Source of the DNA: Octopus sinensis
Lineage: Eukaryota
Assembly (NCBI RefSeq): GCF_006345805.1
Contig: NC_043012.1
Span: 9,362,001 to 9,426,000, forward strand
DNA length: 64,000 nucleotides
Reading direction: 5' to 3'
Made by a program: the position numbers and the translations under genes. Shown here piece by piece: positions 43,033 through 53,224 of this stretch (position 1 is the stretch's first letter; every line of letters starts with the position of its first letter). The notes below the pieces were generated by a model. It searched no databases. It was not told the origin of the DNA and saw nothing but the letters and a program-made list of their open reading frames with translations.

Positions 43033-43283
43033 GGTGGAAGCACTCCGACGGTTACGACGACGAGGGTTCCGGTTGATCCGAATCAACGGAACAGCCTGCT
43101 CAGAGTGAGAGAAAGTTGTGGTGAAAGAGTACAGCAGGGATCACCACCATCCCCTGCCGGAGCCTCGTGGAGCTTTAGGTGTTTTCGCTCAATAAACACT
43201 CACAACGCCCGGTCTGGGAATCGAAACCGCGATCCTATGACCGCGAGTCCGCTGCCCTAACCACTGGGCAATTGCGCCTCCAC
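43033..43283 (-). mobile_element. tRNA-derived SINE family 2 with 16-bp target-site duplication (mirror at ~55746-55996, +)
   Basis: TSD tccaaataaagtaggt at 43017-43032 and 43284-43299. tRNA-like head on the minus strand. Confidence 0.9.
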
Positions 43284-44449
43284 TCCAAATAAAGTAGGTA
43301 AACTCTATTACAATTAAACATTGGTAAGTGCTCTAAGTACTGCGTGACAAGTACTACACGATAGAAGCCGGCCATCTACATCATAGCAATGTAAATGACT
43401 ATAGGATATTTCTCTCTAACATCTATATTGATCTCTGCTGTTAGAGAACATAGTACTTTTCTGTGAATATTGCACCCTACTATCATATAACACAGGTCGT
43501 TACCGTTACAGAACTTAAGTTCCTGTTGTCGATATTGTTCTCAACAACATAACTCTAATTAGCATAGCTCTTAGATATTGAAACCGACATTAAACCTTTG
43601 ACCACACACACACACAAACACACGCGCACACTCAGACGCGCACACACACACATTAATAGGTAAAATGGATTGAATCAAAGCCTTTAATTCTCGACCGTGT
43701 TAAATTTAGTCTCCTTTTTCCTTGGACACAGATGAATCCGAAATTAAAGTAAGTATGATAATACAAACCGATAAAAACACACGCACTATATATTTGCTTC
43801 AGCTTTATTTATTTTTTTACATTAATCTTAAGAGACACACAAATAAGAAAGAAGAAAGCAAAGGACCACTGATGAGGTCACAGAAGTGTGACGAAAGAAC
43901 TCTGGCCGAAATACGATTGATGTAAAAAATAAAATAAAGCTGAAGCAAATTAACACCAAATATACAGTGCGTGTGTATTTATCGGCTAAACTGGCAACAT
44001 GACCATTCCTAAATACAACAATAATACAGACCATTTCATATATTACAACGAAAGGTGAGGATGAAACCAAAGAAATAAAATCAATATATAAAGCAAAAGT
44101 CAATCAATTTCTCTAGAAATAAAAAACAAAATAAGCATGTTTCTTCGCAACAGACGGAACAAACATGGAAAGAAATTGGTAAAATTAATTATTTATGGAA
44201 GACAGTAATCCCTCTTCGTATGTATTACGTGGTCGCCTGATCTGCTAAAAATAGCAGTTAAATATTATTCGGTCACACAACTTCTTAAAAAACAAACAAA
44301 CAAACAAAACAAAAAACAAAACAAAGAATGATCATGCTTATTAATGTCTCCTTGCACGCAATGTATCAAAGAAGAAAAGATATTGAATATCAGGCTATAA
44401 TATATTTCAATTCTATCTCATTTTATTCAGGGCTGTCTCGAATCTAAAC

Positions 44450-44650
44450 ACCACCGCCATCGCTGCTGCCATCGCCGCCGCCGCCACCACCACCACCACC
44501 ACCACCACCACCACCACCACCACCACCACTACCACGAACAACAACAACAGCAACACCACCACCACCAACAACAACAAAAACACCATCACCACCACCCCCA
44601 CCACCACTACCAACAACAAAAACACCACCACCACCACCAACAACAACACC
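44450..44650. repeat. (ACC/AAC)n triplet repeat; its mirror at ~54205-54575 is longer
   Basis: Seen directly. Source of the poly-G/poly-V ORFs. Confidence 0.95.
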
Positions 44651-45624
44651 ATTAAGACTACCCATATATTTAAAGTAATGATTGATTTTGTAACGTAAAA
44701 ATCTCTAAATAATCCGTCAAACTTGTAACTGTAAACATGCAGCAGTTTTATTTTTCTGCTTTAATACATTTGAGACTTCATTATTTCGTTGAGCAAGTCT
44801 TTCAATTTTGAATTATTTTGCAAGAATTTTGATCTGAAACTGCGTGTTTAAATATTTAGGAATACACACACCGGTTGTCGTATTTCTGTATTTCTCTTGT
44901 TTATTTTTTCCTAAGCATTTGGGGTTTGTTTATGTCCCTCACATTATTTCCCACTAAATCTTTAGCTTTGATAGGGATGTATATATTTTGGTAATAACAG
45001 AAAAAAAGAAAGAAACTCATATTCATTCATTAAGAAGGATACACATCTTTGTAGTGAAAAATACCATTGGAGTCATAAACAAACATCGGCTGTTTTGGAA
45101 AAGGAAAGAAAAGTGAAATATAAACAAACAACAACCGGTAAATGGGATTATGTTATGTTATTTCATCTCTCCATTGAAGTAACACAATATACCATTGCTT
45201 TCAAAATATCGTAAACATGTTAAGATGTAAATCTAAATTTCCCTTAAAAACAATCAAGTTTCCATCATTTAAATAATCACATTAAGTTTCACTTAAGTGA
45301 CAATAACATAATTAGATAGCATCGATAATTTAGACAAGAAGGCAGAACGACAAGACTGGGAATTAAAAAGATTTGAAAAGTGGGGCTGCAAGGTCGTAGA
45401 GCATAAAAAACAAAAACTTTCAAACATGTGCCAAAGAGAGTGTTCAGGTTGGCTTTTTATGCTATATACATCCGAGATTGTTCTCTTCATTGCAGCATTT
45501 CTCGCAACTCATGAAACCCCTTCTAAAACCCGAAACTATATACCACAAAACCTTTTCTCTGAAGCGCGACTGATTTTGCTACCCTACTGCGGCCACCTGA
45601 ATGATGATAATATTACTCCTTTCT

Positions 45625-45800
45625 AAGGCGGCGAGCTGACAGAAACGTTAGCACGCCGAGCGAAATGCTTAGCGGTATTTCGTCTGCCGTTACGTTCTGA
45701 GTCTAAATTCGGCCGAGGTCGACTTTGACCATCACCCTTTCAGTTGCGTACTGGCATCGATCTAATTGACCTGCTCCCTCCCCCAAAATTTCGACACTTC
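45625..45800 (+). mobile_element. SINE-like family 3 copy spanning the left-arm/spacer boundary
   Basis: Continues on the left beyond 45641. Only its first ~17 nt are present in the right arm (53225-53241). Confidence 0.8.
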
Positions 45801-48303
45801 TGCCTATTGTAGAAAAGAATAATAATTCTTTCTACTAAAGGCACAAGGCCTGAACTTTATGGGAAGGGATCAGTCGATTAGATCGACCGCAGTACGCAGC
45901 TGATACTTAATTTATCGACCCCCAAAAAGATGAAGAGCAAATTCGACCTCGGAGGAGCAGAGAACGTGAAGACTGACGAATTGCCGCTAAGCATTTTGGC
46001 CGGTGCGCTAAGGATTCTTCCAGCTCGCCAACTAATAATAATAATAATAATAATATAATAATAATGATGATAATAATAAGATAAAAATAACTGCCCCCAT
46101 GCAGCAACAAGCAATAGCGCTCATGGATTCTGGGCTTTACTAATTGGAAGTATTATCATGTACATGTCTGCCCTGATGCAGTAACAGGGACTGGCTCTTC
46201 ATGGCTTCTAATCTTAACTGATTGGAAGTGTTATCATCTACATTGTTTTGTCTTGGTATAAAAGGTGGGCTACAGCAAATATTCTGCTCAATACCACAGA
46301 TTTGCTTGTCAGGTGTTTGACCATAACTAGTTGAGCATGTCCCTTAGTGGCTGACGATATTTGCATCTTTGATCAGGAGAAGAAGTAGTGGGGGAGCTAA
46401 AACATCTTAAACAGACCCCAAATCAGTTTCATAAGGTTTTGCTTTTCCAGACGCCTAGTTCCAAGCCTAGTCACTTACCACGGTTAATTCACCGTACCGT
46501 TATTTTCTGGTCTTCTTCAAGAATAGTACCGGCCAACCCTGTTACTTGTGTGTCTGATACACAAGGCGGTGACATCATCCGAGGATACAAACACTGTTAA
46601 TGATTGTAATTATGAGAATGTTAACTATTATTTTAAATTTAGGCACAAAATCAACATTTTGTGATGATGGCTTGAATAATTACTGTCGACTCTAGTACTT
46701 GACTGGTACTTAATTTTATCTACTTTAGGGGTATGAAGTGCAAGTTTGACCTAGACGGAATTTGAACCCAGAAACTAAAGAACTGGAAGACATACTTTTA
46801 GCAGTTCTTCTAGATCTCAACTTTTACAATATAACAGTATTAATAATTGGAAGGTGGGTAATTGATTACATTGGCTTCAGTACCTGACTGATACTTCATT
46901 TTATTGATCGTGAGAACATGAAAGGAAAAGTTGACCTCGGCAGAATTTGAACTCCAAACATAAAGAGCTGGAAGAAATGCTGCTAAGCGTTTTGTTGAAC
47001 GCAGTAACGATTCTGTCACCGTATTCATATTGTTATATATATTATTGTTACCGGTTAGCTTAACAATAACAATTTTATCTGTGTCTATATTACTACTGCT
47101 GTACATGGTGATATCGTGACAGCAAATCCCACCTGTGCTGCTTCGAGTTTTCGGCAAAATTCCATATCAGCTGAAAGAGGAAGCTAACTGTAAGTATATC
47201 AATAGTTTGGGAAGGCATAGGAATAAAGATATGAGTTACAGAATAGCAGAGATACTTTTCAAAACCTTTCTCTTACAGAACCAGCAAAGGCACTCTATAA
47301 GCATGTATACCCGAGATAAACTATTTCTACACGCTTGCGTACTCACAATAATAGAATGTACATGGTTAAATACACAATGTTTTGCTACAAAACTGAAGCT
47401 GCCAACATAAAAAGACAATATTAAAGAATAGACATTCTACAAACGAAAGAAGTTAAATAACGCAGTTGGCCGGAAGTAACTTTTCTAGAAAACAACAATA
47501 TACACCGTTTGATTATTGAATACATGGCAGTGTTTAAATACATCGGAAATATTCAAATTCTTAAAATTGGAATATCTTCATTCATAATAAATTAAGATTT
47601 GTTTAGTATTTAGAAAAAAAAATTGTTCCCGCTGTTTCTCTGTGACTCCATCTAAAAGCAAAACTTTTTCAAAACAACCCGTAATTTTCCATAGGACAAT
47701 ATGCAGCAACAAAACAGAATTAAATATGACAGAGATTAAAGAGAAAGTAGAAATATTTTGGAAGCAAATTCTTGGAAACAATTCTAAGCATAACAAAACC
47801 GGCATAAACTGTACTTGATTTGAAAAATACGTTAGAAAAATATTATTGAAATCCATTTTCAAAAGCACGGCAAAAAATCTGATTTAGTTCTTGTATTATA
47901 TCTAATATTTGGGAAATGGAAAGTTTTCTGGCATTGACAGCATTTTAAACTTTAGATGGTGCGTTTGAAATTCTGCATTGCCAAACAACGCTGGTCTTCA
48001 GAATCCTCTTAAGTTTGAGAAGGTACGTAATTAGGTCCTTATTAGTAGAATAACAATGATCCCCAATCTGTCTAATGATTCTCCCAATATTGTCTGGCAA
48101 GAATTTGGAAACCTCGCCTCCAAAATATTAACACAAATGAACATTTACCAAAACTCAATATAATTCCAATAGTGTTCTTGACGAACGAGAACGCGAAACT
48201 CTGAGTAACAGTTTTTGTGTACTTTTTCTGCTTTTTAATAAACCATATTACTCTATTCGAGAACTATTTTTTCCACCTTGTTTCGCATTTGCGTCATTAC
48301 TCT

Positions 48304-48305
<2 letters not shown>

Positions 48306-48346
<41 letters not shown>

Positions 48347-48402
48347 GTGTATATATGTAGGTACACACACATACATGTATATGTATATGTATATAAATAT
48401 AT

Positions 48403-48498
<96 letters not shown>

Positions 48499-48572
48499 TA
48501 TTATATGTATATATATATGTAATAGAATATATAATATATATATATATAGATATTATATATATATATATGTGG

Positions 48573-48605
<33 letters not shown>
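48306..48605. repeat. TA-rich microsatellite flanking the array
   Basis: Seen directly. Confidence 0.95.
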
Positions 48606-48606
<1 letters not shown>

Positions 48607-49167
48607 ATTTATATATAGAGGGCATTATACATACATGCCAGAAGGCATTTATACATACAGCCACACGCTAAGGGGGACAATTAGTCATTCTACCAAAAAT
48701 ATTACTAATCCCACGAATGCAATTTTTCAAAGTAAGACATTTAAAAAAAATAGACCTGTATCACAGTGATTTCATACTTACGTATTCATCAGCAGGCCTG
48801 AATGCTTGATAAATAAACGACCCTGCCCCGCTTAAGCCGATCAGCTAATGATCAAAATCAACGAAGCAATGGGTGAGTTACATATATTACATCCGGATAA
48901 ATGGCAAACTTTTACGAATTGCATTTCGGGCGAGAAAAGTTTTTTCGGAATAAAAATTTAGCAATTAGGACAACTACTAATAAGGAAACTTAACAAGAAA
49001 TTGTCAGGTAGATAGCGTGAAAACCTCATAAGAGAAAAAAATTCGAAAATAATTATTTCTTATTGAACATATTAATTTATATATAGAGGGCATTATACAT
49101 ACATGCCAGAAGGCATTCACATACATGCCACACGCTAAGAGGGGACAATTAGTCATTTCTACCAAAA
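48606..49167 (-). mobile_element. Inverted ~1.2 units of the hammerhead tandem repeat (5' inversion)
   Basis: Reverse complement of the array unit. Contains the hammerhead at 48752-48799 on the minus strand. Confidence 0.95.
48752..48799 (-). ncRNA. Type I hammerhead ribozyme (inverted unit)
   Basis: AGGCCUG-CUGAUGA-AUAC(GUAA)GUAU-GAAAUCACUGUG-AUA^CAGGUCU on the minus strand. Confidence 0.9.
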
Positions 49168-52100
49168 TGTATAATGCCCTCTATATGCCCTATATATAAA
49201 TTAATATGTTCAATAAGAAATAATTATTTTCGAAATTTTTTCTCTTATGAGGTTTTCACGCTATCTACCTGACAATTTTGTTAAGTTTTCCTTATTAAGT
49301 AGTTGTCTTAATTGCTAAATTTTTATTCCATTGCCCGAAAAAACACTTTCTCTCCCGAAATGCAATTCGTAAAAGTTTGCCATTTATCCGGATGTAATAT
49401 ATGTAAACTCACCCATGTGCTTCGTTGATGTTGATCAGTAGCTGATCGGATTTAAGCGGGGCAGGGTCGTTTATTTATAATGCATTCAGGCCTGCTGATG
49501 AATACGTAAGTATGAAATCACTGTGATACAGGTCTATATTTTTTTAAATGTCTTACTTTGAAAAATTGCATTCGGTGGGATTAGTAATATTTTGGGTAGA
49601 AATGACTAATTGTCCCCATTAGCGTGTGGCATGTATGTATAATGCCTTCTGGCATGTATGTATAATGCCTCTATATATAAATTAATATGTTCAATAAGAA
49701 ATAATTATTTCGAAACTTTTTCTCTTATGAGGTTTTCACGCTATCTACCTGACAATTTCTTGTTAAGTTTTCCTTATTAAGTAGTTGTCCTTAATTGCTA
49801 AATTTTTATTCCGAAAAAACTTTTCTCTCCCGAAATGCAATTCGTAAAAGTTTGCCATTTATCCGGATGTAATATATGTAAACTCACCCATGTGCTTCGT
49901 TGATGTTGATCAGTTAGCTGATCGGCTTAAGCGGGGCAGGGTCGTTTATTTATAATGCATTCAGGCCTGCTGATGAATACGTAAGTATGAAATCCCTGTG
50001 ATACAGGTCTATATTTTTTTAAATGTCTTACTTTGAAAAATTGCATTCGGTGGGATTAGTAATATTTTTGGTAGAAATGACTAATTGTCCCTCTTAGCGT
50101 GTGGCATGTATGTATAATGCCTTCTGGCATGTATGTATAATGCCCTCTATATATAAATTAATATGTTCAATAAGAAATAATTATTTTCGAAATTTTTTCT
50201 CTTATGAGGTTTTCACGCTATCTACCTGACAATTTCTTGTTAAGTTTTCCTTATTAAGTAGTTGTCCTTAATTGCTAAATTTTTATTCCGAAAAAACTTT
50301 TCTCTCCCGAAATGCAATTCGTAAAAGTTTGCCATTTATCCGATGTATATATATGTAAACTCACCCATGTGCTTCGTTGATGTTGATCAGTTAGCTGATC
50401 GGCTTAAGCGGGGCAGGGTCTTTATTTATAATGCATTCAGGCCTGCTGATGAATACGTAAGTATGAAATCCCTGTGATACAGGTCTATATTTTTTTAAAT
50501 GTCTTACTTTGAAAAATTGCATTCGGTGGGATTAGTAATATTTTTGGTAGAAATGACTAATTGTCCCTCTTAGCGTGTGGCATGTATGTATAATGCCTTC
50601 TGGCATGTATGTATAATGCCCTCTATATATAAATTAATATGTTCAATAAGAAATATTATTTTCGAAATTTTTTCTCTTATGAGTTTTCACGCTATCTACC
50701 TGACAATTTCTTGTTAAGTTTTCTCCTTATTAAGTAGTTGTCCTTAATTGCTAAATTTTTATTCCGAAAAAACTTTTCTCTCCCGAAATGCAATTCGTAA
50801 AAGTTGCCATTTATCCGGATGTAATATATGTAAACTCACCCATGTGCTTCGTTGATGTTGATCAGTTAGCTGAGGCTTAAGCGGGGCAGGGTCGTTTATT
50901 TATAATGCATTCAGCCTGCTGATGAATACGTAAGTATGAAATCACTGTGATACAGGTCTATATTTTTTTAAATGTCTTACTTTGAAAAATTGCATTCGGT
51001 GGGATTAGTAATATTTTTGGTAGAAATGACTAATTGTCCCTCTTAGCGTGTGGCATGTATGTATAATGCCTTCTGGCATGTATGTATAATGCCCTCTATA
51101 TATAAATTAATATGTTCAATAAGAAATATTATTTTCGAAATTTTTTCTCTTATGAGGTTTTCACGCTATCTACCTGACAATTTCTTGTTAAGTTTTCCTT
51201 ATTAAGTAGTTGTCCTTAATTGCTAAATTTTTATTCCGAAAAAACTTTTCTCTCCCGAAATGCAATTCGTAAAAGTTTGCCATTTATCCGGATGTAATAT
51301 ATGTAAACTCACCCATGTGCTTCGTTGATGTTGATCAGTTAGCTGATCGCTTAAGCGGGGCAGGGTCGTTTATTTATAATGCATTCAGGCCTGCTGATGA
51401 ATACGTAAGTATGAAATCCTGTGATACAGGTCTATATTTTTTTAAATGTCTTACTTTGAAAATTGCATTCGTGGGATTAGTAATATTTTTGGTAGAAATG
51501 ACTAATTGTCCCTCTTAGCGTGTGGCATGTATGTATAATGCCTTCTGGCATGTATGTATAATGCCCTCTATATATAAATTAATATGTTCAATAAGAAATA
51601 ATTATTTTCGAAATTTTTTCTCTATGAGGTTTTCACGCTATCTACCTGACAATTTCTTGTTAAGTTTTCCTTATTAAGTAGTTGTCCTTAATTGCTAAAT
51701 TTTTATTCCGAAAAAACTTTTCTCTCCCGAAATGCAATTCGTAAAAGTTTGCCATTTATCCGGATGTAATATATGTAAACTCACCCATGTGCTTCGTTGA
51801 TGTTGATCAGTTAGCTGATCGGCTTAAGCGGGGCAGGGTCTTATTTATAATGCATTAGCCTGCTGATGAATACGTAAGTATGAAATCCCTGTGATACAGG
51901 TCTATATTTTTTTAAATGTCTTACTTTGAAAAATTGCATTCGGTGGGATTAGTAATATTTTTGGTAGAAATGACTAATTGTCCCTCTTAGCGTGTGGCAT
52001 GTATGTATAATGCCTTCTGGCATGTATGTATAATGCCCTCTATATATAAATTAATATGTTCAATAAGAAATAATTATTTTCGAAATTTTTTCTCTTATGA

Positions 52101-53219
52101 GGTTTTCACGCTATCTACCTGACAATTTCTTGTTAAGTTTTCCTTATTAAGTAGTTGTCCTTAATTGCTAAATTTTTATTCCGAAAAAACTTTTCTCTCC
52201 CAAATGCAATTCGTAAAAGTTTGCCATTTATCCGGATGTAATATATGTAAACTCACCCATGTGCTTCGTTGATGTTGATCAGTTAGCTGATCGGCTTAAG
52301 CGGGGCAGGGTCGTTTATTTATAATGCATTCAGGCCTGCTGATGAATACGTAAGTATGAAATCACTGTGATACAGGTCTATATTTTTTTAAATGTCTTAC
52401 TTTGAAAATTGCATTCGGTGGGATTAGTAATATTTTTGGTAGAAATGACTAATTGTCCCTCTTAGCGTGTGGCATGTATGTATAATGCCTTCTGGCATGT
52501 ATGTATAATGCCCTCTATATAAATTAATATGTTCAATAAGAAATATTTTTCGAAATTTTTTCTCTTATGAGGTTTTCACGCTATCTACCTGACAATTTCT
52601 TGTTAAGTTTTCCTTATTAAGTAGTTGTCTTAATTGCTAATTTTTATTCCGAAAAAACTTTTCCTCCCGAAATGCAATTCGTAAAAGTTTGCCATTTATC
52701 CGGATGTAATATATGTAAACTCACCCATGTGCTTCGTTGATGTTGATCAGTTAGCTGATCGGCTTAAGCGGGGCAGGGTCGTTTATTTATAATGCATTCA
52801 GGCCTGCTGATGAATACGTAAGTATGAAATCCCTGTGATACAGGTCTATATTTTTTTAAATGTCTTACTTTGAAAAATTGCATTCGGTGGGATTAGTAAT
52901 ATTTTTGGTAGAAATGACTAATTGTCCCTCTTAGCGTGTGGCATGTATGTATAATGCCTTCTGGCATGTATGTATAATGCCCTCTATATATAAATTAATA
53001 TGTTCAATAAGAAATAATTATTTTCGAAATTTTTTCTCTTATGAGGTTTTCACGCTATCTACCTGACAATTTCTTGTTAAGTTTTCCTTATTAAGTAGTT
53101 GTCCTTAATTGCTAAATTTTTATTCCGAAAAAACTTTTCTCTCCCGAAATGCAATTCGTAAAAGTTTGCCATTTATCCGGATGTAATATATGTAAACTCA
53201 CCCATGTACTTCGTTGATG
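49168..53219 (+). mobile_element. Retrozyme-like tandem array: ~8.5 copies of a ~476-bp unit, each complete unit with a type I hammerhead
   Basis: The marker aaattaatatg recurs at 49198, 49679, 50155, 50631, 51104, 51576, 52048, 52521 and 52992. No ORF of note. The hammerhead core is conserved in all 8 complete units. Confidence 0.9.
49488..49535 (+). ncRNA. Type I hammerhead ribozyme, unit 1 (others: 49963-50010, 50439-50486, 50913-50959, 51387-51433, 51857-51903, 52332-52379, 52800-52847)
   Basis: Stem I AGGCCUG/CAGGUCU (7 bp, one G-U; one G shorter in units 4 and 6), core CUGAUGA, stem II AUAC/GUAU with GNRA loop GUAA, GAAA, stem III AUC(A/C)CUGUGAU, cleavage triplet AUA. Confidence 0.92.
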
Positions 53220-53224
53220 GTGTA

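Larger units (their letters stand above)
35047..45641 (+). repeat. Left arm of giant palindrome
   Basis: Reverse complement of 53225-64000. Mirror ORF pairs have near-constant coordinate sums (99047 distally, ~99028 centrally). Confidence 0.99.

Noticed and set aside
44413-44665. Gly-rich or Val-rich proteins (also 54205-54611)
   Set aside because: These are (ACC/GGT)n triplet repeats whose length and frame differ between the two arms.
46470-47189. Exon-like segments with GTAAGT donors in the spacer (minus ~46470-46595; plus 47123-47189, QIPPVLLRVFGKIPYQLKEEAN)
   Set aside because: The first has stops in all three frames. The second has a poor acceptor and no recognisable homology. Not supportable without RNA data.
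51315-51518. 67-aa ORF within the array
   Set aside because: Open in only one unit because of local indels. Not conserved across copies.
49168-53219. CRISPR array or rDNA/snRNA tandem interpretation of the array
   Set aside because: Units are fully repeated with no unique spacers, no cas genes are present, and I see no similarity to 5S, tRNA or snRNA. The hammerhead explains the conserved structure.
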